This document shows, one piece after another, positions 10,435-18,881 of a stretch of DNA of 64,000 bases. The stretch comes from a virus (lineage: Duplodnaviria > Heunggongvirae > Uroviricota > Caudoviricetes): positions 46,839-110,838 of the IMG/VR virus record IMGVR_UViG_3300008085_000025; one strand, 5' to 3'. The notes under the pieces are model-generated. The model did no database searches, was not told where the DNA came from, and saw nothing but the letters and a program-made list of their open reading frames with translations. Position 1 is the first letter of the stretch; each line of letters begins with the position of its first letter. The position numbers and the translations under genes were made by a program.

Positions 10435-11160
10435 ATGAACTATAAAAATGTTTATGATTCAATTATTGATAAAGCTTTAGAAAGAAAACTGGATGTTAAC
10501 ACGTACTATGAAAAACATCATATAATTCCAAAGTGTTTGGGAGGTTTGGATGTAAATGAAAATTTAGTTTATTTAACAGCAAGAGAACACTATATATGTC
10601 ACCGCTTGTTGATAGATATTCATAAAAATAATGTAGAAAATTACACGAAAGTACTTCAAGCATTCATGCCCATGAGAGCTAAAAGTAAATATCATGAAGA
10701 GAGAGTAACCAACAGTAAAATGTATGAAAAGGTAAAAAATATATTATATGGGGATGGGGGATTACTGTTGGGTGAAAACCATCATTGGCATGGTAGAAAA
10801 CATACAAAAGAAACAAAAAAGAAAATGTCTAGGATAGCTATAGCCAAATGTCAAACATCCCATGAACGAAAAAGGTTAAAAACAATGGCCCTTAATAGAA
10901 CACCAGAACATAAGAAAAAAATACGAGATGCCCTCGTTGGAAGAAAAACGACAGAAGAAGCTAGAAAAAAAATGAGTGAATCTCATAAAGGAAAACAAAT
11001 GAACGAAAAAAATGGAAAGTCAAAAAAAGTGATTATAGATGGTAAAGAATATCCATCACTACGAGAAGCATCCAGACAACTCGGTATTAATGTTCACAAA
11101 TTATACTACAGGGTTGCGTTATCTTCATCCAAAAAATTTTCCAATTATTATTGGAAATAA
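10435..11160 (+). CDS. HNH homing endonuclease with NUMOD repeats
   Basis: HHIIPKCLGG...N (HNH); repeated GRKHTKETKKKMS / KGKQMNEKN NUMOD3-like motifs; C-terminal IDGKEYPSLREASRQLGI NUMOD1-like helix. Confidence 0.8.
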   Translation: MNYKNVYDSIIDKALERKLDVNTYYEKHHIIPKCLGGLDVNENLVYLTAREHYICHRLLIDIHKNNVENYTKVLQAFMPMRAKSKYHEERVTNSKMYEKVKNILYGDGGLLLGENHHWHGRKHTKETKKKMSRIAIAKCQTSHERKRLKTMALNRTPEHKKKIRDALVGRKTTEEARKKMSESHKGKQMNEKNGKSKKVIIDGKEYPSLREASRQLGINVHKLYYRVALSSSKKFSNYYWK

Positions 11161-11219
11161 AGATTTTATGATGGGCATAGAATCTTTTGCTTTATAAAAA
11201 CATGATTAAGGAGTTTAAC

Positions 11220-12617
11220 ATGAACAAATTAAGCAACAATCCTATATTGAATTGCGACTCGTACAAGACCAGCCACTTTGGGTTCATGGCACCCGGAACC
11301 ACCCGACAGTATTCTTATATTGAAGCTCGAAAGGGTGGAGAGTATGACACTTCAGTATTCTTCGGTCTTCAACATTTAATCAAAACCTCATTAATGAAGC
11401 CCGTTACGATGGAAATGGTTAATCAGGCCGAAGCCGTTATCACAGCACACGGTCTTCCATTCAACCGGAAAGGTTGGGAATACATAGTCAACGAATGTGA
11501 CGGGTTTTTGCCTTTAAGTATTCGCGCAGTTCCAGAAGGAATGCACGTACCAGAAGGAAATGTGATGGTTGTTGTCGAGAACACCGATGAGAATTGTGCG
11601 TGGGTCACTTCCTATGTGGAAACCTCTTTGCTTCGTGGCGTGTGGTACGGAACTACGGTCGCAACGCGCTCATATCGTTTCCGGGAATTGATTTCCAGTT
11701 ACTTGGAAGAAACTGGTGACCCCGACCTCATCGACTTCAAGTTTGTTGATTTTGGGGCACGTGGGGCATCTTCTAAGCAGTCGAGTGAGATTGCTGGTGC
11801 AGCACACTTGGTCAATTTCATGGCAACTGACAATATTGTTGGGATTCTCGCCTGTATGGAGTACTATAATTCTCCGGTTGTAACAGGGTTTTCAATTCCG
11901 GCGACGGAGCACACGGTTACTATTGCAGAAGGTCCGGGCAACGAGAAGAAGTTTTTTGAGCGCGCCATTGATGTATACGGTGGCGAGGGTAAGATGGTTT
12001 CTGTAGTTAGCGACACTTATTCGTTCGAAAACGCTCTTAATATTTGGGCAGAGCTTCGGGAAAAGATAGAAGAAAAGGGTGGTACTGTGGTGATTCGTCC
12101 AGACAGTGGAAATCCCACAGAAATGGTTATGCTTGCGTTGAACAAGCTTTCCGATTCTTACGGCTACACTATAAATGACAAGGGTTTTAAAGTTTTGAAT
12201 CCAGCGGTCAGAATCATTCAAGGTGATGGTGTGAATCTCTCCGAAGTCGAAAATATTTTGAAGACCATGAAGGTCTCAGGCTTCAGTGCAGATAATATTA
12301 CATTTGGGTGTGGTGGATATTTGCTTCAAGATTTGACGAGAGATACGTTACGTTTTGCTATGAAGGGCTCGTATGTGGAAGTTGATGGAGAAATTCGAGA
12401 AGTATGTAAAACTACTGAGACTGACCCCACTAAGGCTTCTAAGGCGGGTCGGGTTATATTAGTTAAGCGATCCGGTGTCCGACTACCCATCACCATTAGA
12501 GAGGAAGAGAAACTTCCGACAGACATAGAACTACTGGAAGAGGTATTCCTGAATGGAAAATTGGTACGGGATATGACGTTTGAAGAGGTCCGCACCAACG
12601 CCCGAACAAATTGGTAA
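11220..12617 (+). CDS. nadV: Nicotinamide phosphoribosyltransferase (NadV/NAMPT)
   Basis: NCDSYKTSHF signature, full-length about 465 aa; start set at ATG after AAGGAG RBS (ORF track begins at 11187). Confidence 0.9.
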   Translation: MNKLSNNPILNCDSYKTSHFGFMAPGTTRQYSYIEARKGGEYDTSVFFGLQHLIKTSLMKPVTMEMVNQAEAVITAHGLPFNRKGWEYIVNECDGFLPLSIRAVPEGMHVPEGNVMVVVENTDENCAWVTSYVETSLLRGVWYGTTVATRSYRFRELISSYLEETGDPDLIDFKFVDFGARGASSKQSSEIAGAAHLVNFMATDNIVGILACMEYYNSPVVTGFSIPATEHTVTIAEGPGNEKKFFERAIDVYGGEGKMVSVVSDTYSFENALNIWAELREKIEEKGGTVVIRPDSGNPTEMVMLALNKLSDSYGYTINDKGFKVLNPAVRIIQGDGVNLSEVENILKTMKVSGFSADNITFGCGGYLLQDLTRDTLRFAMKGSYVEVDGEIREVCKTTETDPTKASKAGRVILVKRSGVRLPITIREEEKLPTDIELLEEVFLNGKLVRDMTFEEVRTNARTNW

Positions 12618-12623
12618 AAGGAC

Positions 12624-12654
12624 TTGACACAAAATAATTAAGTTGTTATAAATA
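12624..12654 (+). promoter_or_regulatory. Hybrid promoter: TTGACA-N17-TATAAA overlapping late motif TATAAATA
   Basis: Consensus -35, 17-nt spacer, -10 that is simultaneously TATAAATA. Confidence 0.6.
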
Positions 12655-12724
12655 AGAGTGACCGATGCTCAATGGTGAGGTCGGTCACTTTTATACATTC
12701 TTGCTTATAAAAAGGAGAAATATT

Positions 12725-13231
12725 ATGACAAAATTAGCAACCAGACGAAATGAATTGGCAACCAGAAGAAGCGCAATTGATTCGACGTTTCAAGAACTGA
12801 TCAATGGCTTCACAAGAGATTATCCAAATAATCTGAGATTTATCAGTGATTTATGGGACCATCAGCCTTTTTCCGGCCAAAGCTATCCTCCATATAATAT
12901 CGAATATGGTGAAAATACCGGGGATTACAGAATCGAAGTTGCCCTAGCCGGATTCAGTAAGGATGATCTAGAGGTAGAATTCCTTAAAGATCAGAAACTT
13001 ACGATTCGGTCTAAGTTCGGTGAGACCGAGGGTGGGGAAAAAGAGGACGCAGAAGTCACAAAAAACAGATACGTGAAGAGGGGTATTGGAAAGCGGGGCT
13101 TCAAATTGGCGTTCAGCATCCCCCAGTATTCTGTGGTAAAATCGTGTGAAATGCGAGATGGCCTTCTAGTGATTAGTATCAGGCGAGAAATCCCCGAAGA
13201 AGAACGAACGAAATTACTTGACATTAGGTAA
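12725..13231 (+). CDS. Small heat-shock protein (Hsp20/alpha-crystallin, IbpA-like)
   Basis: DYRIEVALAGFSKDDLEVEF...LTIRSKF matches IbpA alpha-crystallin core; start chosen at ATG after AAAGGAGA RBS. Confidence 0.8.
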   Translation: MTKLATRRNELATRRSAIDSTFQELINGFTRDYPNNLRFISDLWDHQPFSGQSYPPYNIEYGENTGDYRIEVALAGFSKDDLEVEFLKDQKLTIRSKFGETEGGEKEDAEVTKNRYVKRGIGKRGFKLAFSIPQYSVVKSCEMRDGLLVISIRREIPEEERTKLLDIR

Positions 13232-13247
13232 TTTCTCGTGTAACTTA

Positions 13248-13277
13248 GAGGGGAGCTATACGGCTCCCCTTTTAATT
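13248..13277 (+). terminator. rho-independent terminator
   Basis: GGGGAGC-tatac-GGCTCCCC hairpin then TTTTAATTT. Confidence 0.65.
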
Positions 13278-13284
13278 TGAGGAA

Positions 13285-13794
13285 TTGGAAATGAAACTGC
13301 GACAAATTTACGAGAACTACAGTGACCAACCGATTTTGTTTATGTTGGTGGGGCTCCCCGCTGCTGGAAAAAGTACATGGATCAAACAAAACACTCCAGA
13401 TGCGGTCATTCTTAGTACTGACAATTATATTGAGGATAAAGCCTCCGAAATGGGTAAGACATATCACGAAATTTTCCAGTCGCAGATAAAGCATGCAAGT
13501 AGAAACTTGAATGTAGAATTGAATAAGGCTATCGAGAGTGGAAAAGATATCGTCTGGGATCAGACCAACGTTGCGCCCACAGGCAGAAAGAAGAAGCTTA
13601 AAGGGATTCCAGATAGATATTATAAAGTGGCGGTGGTTTTTGATGTAGAGGATGCGGAGCTTGAAAGACGCTTGGCAAAAAGAGCAGAGGAAACCGGGAA
13701 GAGCATCCCACCACATGTACTTAGTAGTATGAGGGATAGCTTCATTTATCCGACAAGAGAAGAAGGCTTTGATAAAGTAATAAAAGGAAATTGA
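13285..13794 (+). CDS. P-loop kinase (polynucleotide-kinase / AAA_33-like kinase domain)
   Basis: MLVGLPAAGKSTWIKQ Walker A; layout resembles the T4 Pnk kinase domain (GxxGxGKSTW...D.TN...VL..MR). Confidence 0.6.
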   Translation: MEMKLRQIYENYSDQPILFMLVGLPAAGKSTWIKQNTPDAVILSTDNYIEDKASEMGKTYHEIFQSQIKHASRNLNVELNKAIESGKDIVWDQTNVAPTGRKKKLKGIPDRYYKVAVVFDVEDAELERRLAKRAEETGKSIPPHVLSSMRDSFIYPTREEGFDKVIKGN

Positions 13795-14417
13795 ATATGA
13801 ACACTGAAGCTTTGAACGTTGAACAGTTACCATTGATCCTACAATTGAATGCGGGTGGTGAGCCCGTGGGCTGGATCAACTATGAAAAGTCTGCATACTT
13901 TTACGCTAAGAACAAAGTATTGTGGAGTTTGGGACAGCACGAGGTTACTCTTCGTGGTGGTACTAATGCGGTTACGGGACAGCGTTCCAGACTGGTTATG
14001 GATACTATTGTAGCAGTTGATGCTAAAATGAGTCCTTCTAAGTGGAGATCAGGAACACCACCTTTGACCAACAAGACATTGTTCATTCGTGACCGTAATG
14101 TTTGTGGCTATTGTTCAGAGTTGTTTCCTAGATCGGATTTAACTCGTGACCATGTTGTGCCTAAGTCTCGGGGTGGAGAAGACAGTTGGACCAACTTGGT
14201 TACTGCTTGTAAGAAGTGTAACCATAAGAAAGCCGACAGAACACCCGGAGAAGCAAAAATGCCATTGGTATACGTTCCATATGTGCCAAATTACAACGAG
14301 CATCTTATTCTCCAGAACCGCCGAATCCTAGCGGATCAGATGGAATATTTGATCAAGGGTGTGTCGAAGAATAGTCGTATCCATGAAATGATCGAAAACG
14401 GTTACTTCTTACACTAG
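13791..14417 (+). CDS. HNH endonuclease
   Basis: CGYC...DHVVPKSRGGEDSWTNLVTACKKCNHKK (HNH with zinc-binding Cys pairs). Confidence 0.75.
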   Translation: MNMNTEALNVEQLPLILQLNAGGEPVGWINYEKSAYFYAKNKVLWSLGQHEVTLRGGTNAVTGQRSRLVMDTIVAVDAKMSPSKWRSGTPPLTNKTLFIRDRNVCGYCSELFPRSDLTRDHVVPKSRGGEDSWTNLVTACKKCNHKKADRTPGEAKMPLVYVPYVPNYNEHLILQNRRILADQMEYLIKGVSKNSRIHEMIENGYFLH

Positions 14418-14535
14418 AACTGAGTTTACTGGCTCTCCTACGAACATGGTACCTTCCGTTTGTAGTGATCCAGATGCAAGACCTATGAAACCTCCGAGGC
14501 CGTAGGCGACCGGGATTGATCACCCGGTTTAATTA

Positions 14536-14568
14536 GAAAGCCCCGCAAGGCGGGGCTTTCATTTTTTC
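14536..14568 (+). terminator. rho-independent terminator
   Basis: AAAGCCCCGC-aagg-GCGGGGCTTT hairpin then TTTTTT. Confidence 0.75.
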
Positions 14569-14577
14569 AAAATCAGC

Positions 14578-14585
14578 TATAAATA
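14578..14585 (+). promoter_or_regulatory. T4-type late promoter motif TATAAATA
   Basis: Exact TATAAATA 30 nt upstream of the DUF1508 gene. Confidence 0.45.
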
Positions 14586-14615
14586 CTATTTGTAAACACG
14601 AGGTTTAGTTAGGTT

Positions 14616-14963
14616 ATGTTGAGAAAACCAGAATTTGATATAAGAAGAAGTAAAGATGGTCAAGAATATTTCGTGTTGAAAGCTAGAAACGGGAAAGTGA
14701 TATTGCTCTCGGAATTATACAAATCTACTGCATCTGTTAAAAAAGGAATTGAGTCTGTTAGGTTTAATTCGGATAGAAAGGGAGCATTCGTCAAATTTAG
14801 AGACAAATCCGGAGAATTTCGCTTCACGCTTAGGGCAAAGAACAACAAGGTCATCGGCCAAAGTGAAGGTTACAAAACAAGGTGGGGTAGATTGATTGGA
14901 ATTCTGTCTGTAAAGCTAAACGCACCGTTGGCAACGATAGTAACCGGTTATAAAGAAGATTAA
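14616..14963 (+). CDS. YegP/DUF1508 tandem-domain protein
   Basis: Two repeats of the ...YF.LKA.NGKVI..SE.Y....... module. Confidence 0.7.
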   Translation: MLRKPEFDIRRSKDGQEYFVLKARNGKVILLSELYKSTASVKKGIESVRFNSDRKGAFVKFRDKSGEFRFTLRAKNNKVIGQSEGYKTRWGRLIGILSVKLNAPLATIVTGYKED

Positions 14964-14966
14964 AAA

Positions 14967-14993
14967 GAAAAGCCCCGAAAGGGGCTTTTTCTT
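14967..14993. terminator. bidirectional terminator between convergent genes
   Basis: AAAGCCCC-gaaa-GGGGCTTT flanked by A-run and T-run. Confidence 0.7.
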
Positions 14994-15300
14994 AATCTTT
15001 CGGTGCGTCTTCGTAAAAGAAATAGCTCAGATTCAAGTCTATTCCACCTGCTTGCGTCGCATATCGAATACATGCATCAAGCGTCTCAGTGTCGTTCTCA
15101 GAAGCAATAAGAACTACTTTCTTGGTATTCTTGAGTACCTTTACCAGAACTCGAAGAAAAGCTCTCAGCGGGGCGTTGGGGGCCTCTAGAACAGTTCCAT
15201 AACGATAGTCTTCTGGACTTCTTATGTCGATTACTGCGTGTTTCTTATTCTCTACTAGATTTTCCAAAAAAGAAAAGTCTCTGATTCTATTGTGTTGCAT
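14992..15300 (-). CDS. Rhodanese-like domain protein (possibly catalytically inactive)
   Basis: HAVIDIRSPEDYRYGTVLEAPNAPL matches rhodanese fold motif; no Cys at the expected catalytic loop. Confidence 0.5.
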   Translation of the reverse strand: MQHNRIRDFSFLENLVENKKHAVIDIRSPEDYRYGTVLEAPNAPLRAFLRVLVKVLKNTKKVVLIASENDTETLDACIRYATQAGGIDLNLSYFFYEDAPKD

Positions 15301-15701
15301 AGTAATTCTCCTGTTTGAGTGTGTATTCTAACAGACCGTAGGAATTGTGTCAACTACTATTTACCACCACCAGTCCCAGTAAAGTTGTGCTTTTCTCCCA
15401 TAGTCATCACGCCAACCCGTGATTCTTTTCCAAAGCCACGGAAAAATACCGTAGTAATAAGGCTCTGGGATAGCAGGTTCCCATTTGCCGGTTCCCGGAT
15501 CGTAGCTAAGTGTTTCGTATTCGTTTTTATTCATTTCATCACCTCACGAAGTCATCTTTAAAATTTTAGCAGTATTAGATAAATTGTAAGAACTCATTCT
15601 GTTACCAAATTTATCTACCGGGCGGTTGGGTTTGATTTTTTCTTCTAAATATTTTACCCTACTTTCCGGATTTTGGATTTTTTGCATTAAAAGAGCCTCA
15701 T

Positions 15702-16286
15702 TCATGGTTTGTTTCCTTCTAGGATTTGTCTTTCGGCATTCAAATCTCTATTGGCTGTGGCGTCGTCACTGTAAGAACCCTTGTAACGGGAGCGCAGTTT
15801 GTCAATGTTGTTCTGCCACCCCTCCCCCCAATCTATACCCATTTCGTCAGACCCAATAGCTTTATACCAATCAGAGTCAAAAAATTCTTCTTTAAGATTA
15901 ACCACATCAAACTCTCCGGTATGAATTGCTTTTGCGAAAGCCTCTGATAACTCACCGGCTTCTGTGATCATCCCGATTAGACAGTGTGCTATTCTAGTAT
16001 TAACATCGGGCTTAACTGCATCCTCTCCATATAAGGCGGACCTAGGAGTTGACTCATAATGTTTAAGAGTGTATAGCTCTAACTCCAATTGAACCAACAA
16101 ATTTTTGATGTTTTCTTCTAGTTTTTTAGGGTTGTTGTAAAATGCCAATTTCTTTACACAATCCAGTATTTCCGCACTGATATGATTTAGTGTCAGCGCA
16201 GCTACGAGAAAATCCGCACTGATGTTTAGTTCTTCAATATGTGATTCGGTTATTTTTGCTTGCTCAATGTATTCTTTCCAATCCAT
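15702..16286 (-). CDS. MazG-like nucleotide pyrophosphohydrolase
   Basis: CLIGMITEAGELSEAFAK helix resembles the MazG EExxE/GELAE motif. Confidence 0.6.
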   Translation of the reverse strand: MDWKEYIEQAKITESHIEELNISADFLVAALTLNHISAEILDCVKKLAFYNNPKKLEENIKNLLVQLELELYTLKHYESTPRSALYGEDAVKPDVNTRIAHCLIGMITEAGELSEAFAKAIHTGEFDVVNLKEEFFDSDWYKAIGSDEMGIDWGEGWQNNIDKLRSRYKGSYSDDATANRDLNAERQILEGNKP

Positions 16287-16344
16287 AAATAAATCTCCTT
16301 AGTTGTAGACTAAGGAGACATTATCAAGACTTTGTGACTACTTG

Positions 16345-17082
16345 TCAATCTTCAATGCATTCAATCCAAGCTCTAACAAAATCACTTCGAACTATGTCTT
16401 GTCTCTGGAAGTATATGGTGTCAAAGAAGTTGTTATTAGAAAGAACCTTGTCTAGACGTTCAATACATGATATATCCCTATTGGATTTGAACAAATCAGA
16501 TTGATTGGAGTCGCCGACCAGAATTATTTTACTATTTCTACCAACTCGTGTCATAACAGTATTGACTTCGTGGAAATTGAGGTTTTGGACTTCGTCAACA
16601 ACAATAACAGAGTTGTCCCACGTTTGTCCTCGCAAGAAACTTGTTGGCATGAATTCTACTTTACCACTCTCCTTGAATTTGTCGTATGACGTTGGCATGT
16701 CAAACAAGAACGAGAACAATTCTCTATATGGGGTTTCATATACAGAAATTTTTTCATCTATCGAACCCGGCAAATATCCAACTTCTCTGGTCGGTACAAC
16801 ACTTCTAATTATCTTGACGTGTTCAATAGGTTGGTCCCGGTCCAACAAATCGTTCAATGCTAGATATAACGCCACCAAGCTTTTTCCCGTCCCGGCAGAA
16901 CCGGATGCAAAGATAGAGTTTCCGGAAAAATAAGATTCCATCATCTGTTTTTGTGGTGTTGTTAGGGGTTTAATGGCCTTCAAGTCGTGGAACGAGAGTG
17001 ATTTGCAGTTGTTGTTATATTCTTGGCGAGCTAGGTTGTCGTGTTGAACTACATGTAGGCTCTTTTTCTTAGACTTTTTCAT
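16345..17082 (-). CDS. phoH: PhoH-like ATPase
   Basis: Walker A GSAGTGKS; VVDEVQN Walker B; typical phage PhoH length. Confidence 0.85.
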   Translation of the reverse strand: MKKSKKKSLHVVQHDNLARQEYNNNCKSLSFHDLKAIKPLTTPQKQMMESYFSGNSIFASGSAGTGKSLVALYLALNDLLDRDQPIEHVKIIRSVVPTREVGYLPGSIDEKISVYETPYRELFSFLFDMPTSYDKFKESGKVEFMPTSFLRGQTWDNSVIVVDEVQNLNFHEVNTVMTRVGRNSKIILVGDSNQSDLFKSNRDISCIERLDKVLSNNNFFDTIYFQRQDIVRSDFVRAWIECIED

Positions 17083-17194
17083 CGTTGTGATATCTCCTGA
17101 TGGTATGGGTTAGAGTCAAAAAAAGGATTGAGGATGAATTCCTCGTAGAAAAGTTGAATAAAAGATTTTTCTGCAATTACCATACGGTGGTTTT

Positions 17195-17452
17195 TTGCAT
17201 CGCTATTCGAGAATATTTATACATACCCCGACAGGTATCTTTGGAAACATGAACAAACCCCACGACTATTGCGTTTATGACGGTAAAGAATTTATAATCA
17301 CCGGAAGAGAAGCACGAAATGCTAAAGGCTCTATTATGATTGAACTCAAGCCAAAGATATGCGAAGTGTATAACATTGGGGATGAGTTCAATAGATGGGT
17401 TTCTCCACAAGACACGTACATGATAAGCACACCAAGGGACGAAGAGAACTAA
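17195..17452 (+). CDS. small hypothetical protein
   Basis: 85-aa ORF immediately upstream of frd; start uncertain. Confidence 0.35.
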   Translation: MHRYSRIFIHTPTGIFGNMNKPHDYCVYDGKEFIITGREARNAKGSIMIELKPKICEVYNIGDEFNRWVSPQDTYMISTPRDEEN

Positions 17453-17453
17453 T

Positions 17454-18020
17454 ATGAAACCAAGAATAGCGGCTATAGTAGCCGTAGATGAAGAAAACGG
17501 TATAGGTAAAGATGGAAGAATGGCTTGGCACATCCCAGAAGACTTTAAACACTTTAGAGAATACACAAAGAATTCTTTGTGCATAATGGGCAGTACCACA
17601 TTTAACGATATCTGTTTACATAAAAAAAGCAAGGATGGACCGTTTTTGTCCGGAAGGACTTGCATAGTTTTGACTCGAAGACCCGATGAACTCATAAATA
17701 ATTGCAATTTCACCGGAGTTCACTTCATGTCGGATGGGGTTTTATTAAAAGATATCATACGTCTTACTTCTACTTCTACTTACACCCCACTGCACCAATT
17801 CGACAAAGTTTGTGTTATTGGTGGTAAGAGTGTGTATGATCTTTTCTTCGATATTCTTGACGAGATTGTTGTTACGCGAGTAAAGGGATCATACGATTGT
17901 GATGTTCACATTAACATGACACCATATACAGAAAAGGCTTCTGTTGTAACAGGATGGGGGTTAGATGGCACCCCCCATATGGTGGAATTGTATATTTTAA
18001 ATCGAGATCAGGGAGAATAA
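17454..18020 (+). CDS. frd: Dihydrofolate reductase
   Basis: IAAIVAVDENGIGKDGRMAWHIPEDFKHFREYT matches the DHFR N-terminal signature. Confidence 0.85.
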   Translation: MKPRIAAIVAVDEENGIGKDGRMAWHIPEDFKHFREYTKNSLCIMGSTTFNDICLHKKSKDGPFLSGRTCIVLTRRPDELINNCNFTGVHFMSDGVLLKDIIRLTSTSTYTPLHQFDKVCVIGGKSVYDLFFDILDEIVVTRVKGSYDCDVHINMTPYTEKASVVTGWGLDGTPHMVELYILNRDQGE

Positions 18021-18023
18021 AAT

Positions 18024-18328
18024 TGAAAACTAAAAGCGTTTATAACATCCTAGAGGATTTTGCTAAAAAACTAGGCGACGAAGATTTAACTGTATCGTTT
18101 GCATTATGTAGGGGAGAGTGGTACGTGTCTGTGTCTTGTCACAGCTCGATGTATATGAAGTTTGATCATGATGGAGAACAACGATCAGCTATTATCCATC
18201 ATAGTGAATCAGAAACTAACATAAAAAAGATACTCGGAGAATTGGTTGATAAATACCTCGAACATATGAAAGATACGAGGAAATCAAATGATATTGAGAG
18301 AATTGAAGTATCCGAAGAGACCAGTTAG
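18024..18328 (+). CDS. hypothetical protein (possible TTG start coupled to the frd stop)
   Basis: ORF 17954..18328 overlaps the frd end; GGAGA RBS precedes TTG at 18024. Confidence 0.4.
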
Positions 18329-18825
18329 TTCTGATTCAGAATTAGGTGTATCTGTGGGGAAATACGTAGGGGTAAATTTCACCCCAGAAACCGTTGAACA
18401 AATCAAAAAAATAATCGACGGGGACAAAATACCGAACCCAACAAACCCAGAAGATTTTCATTCTACGATAGCCCATAGTGTAACAGACATTAAAGGTTAT
18501 CAGCCTGATGAAGAACTCGAAGAACCAAAAGAAGCAAAAAATCAAGGGATTTAAAATTTTTAATACGAAAGACGGTGGTCGCTGCTTGGTAGCGGCCCTC
18601 GATTCAGACTACTTGAGAGATAAACACCAGACCACATTAGATCATGGCGCTACTTACGATTTTCCAGAGTACATCCCTCATGTAACTTTGTCCTATAATG
18701 TGGGTGACGACTTGTCCGAAGAAAATCTAGATAAGTTGACGAACAAATATGGCGGAACTGTACTAAAAATTTCGAAAGAATATATGCAAGATCTTGATCC
18801 AAATTGGGTAGAAAAGCGCTCATAA
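18288..18825 (+). CDS. 2H phosphoesterase (LigT/Acb1-like) split by a +1 frame change at an A6 run
   Basis: First H-x-T motif (FHSTIAH) in frame of 18288..18554; second (PHVTLSY) in frame of 18508..18825; deleting one A in GCAAAAAATC (about 18533-18538) gives a continuous protein of about 175 aa. Confidence 0.55.
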
Positions 18826-18881
18826 TCGTTGACTCTAACGTAGATATGTTGTATAATATCGTATCTACTTGAGGGTTAACA

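Noticed and set aside
12991-13833. 280-aa minus-strand ORF
   Set aside because: Antisense to the sHSP and P-loop kinase genes, both with strong family motifs; translation is compositionally odd
15319-15561. 80-aa plus-strand ORF
   Set aside because: Improbable composition. The minus strand here encodes more plausible small proteins, including a Trp-rich 57-aa peptide ending about 15358, and the region lies between convergent minus-strand genes
17177-17713. 178-aa minus-strand ORF
   Set aside because: Antisense to dihydrofolate reductase (clear DHFR signature on the plus strand)
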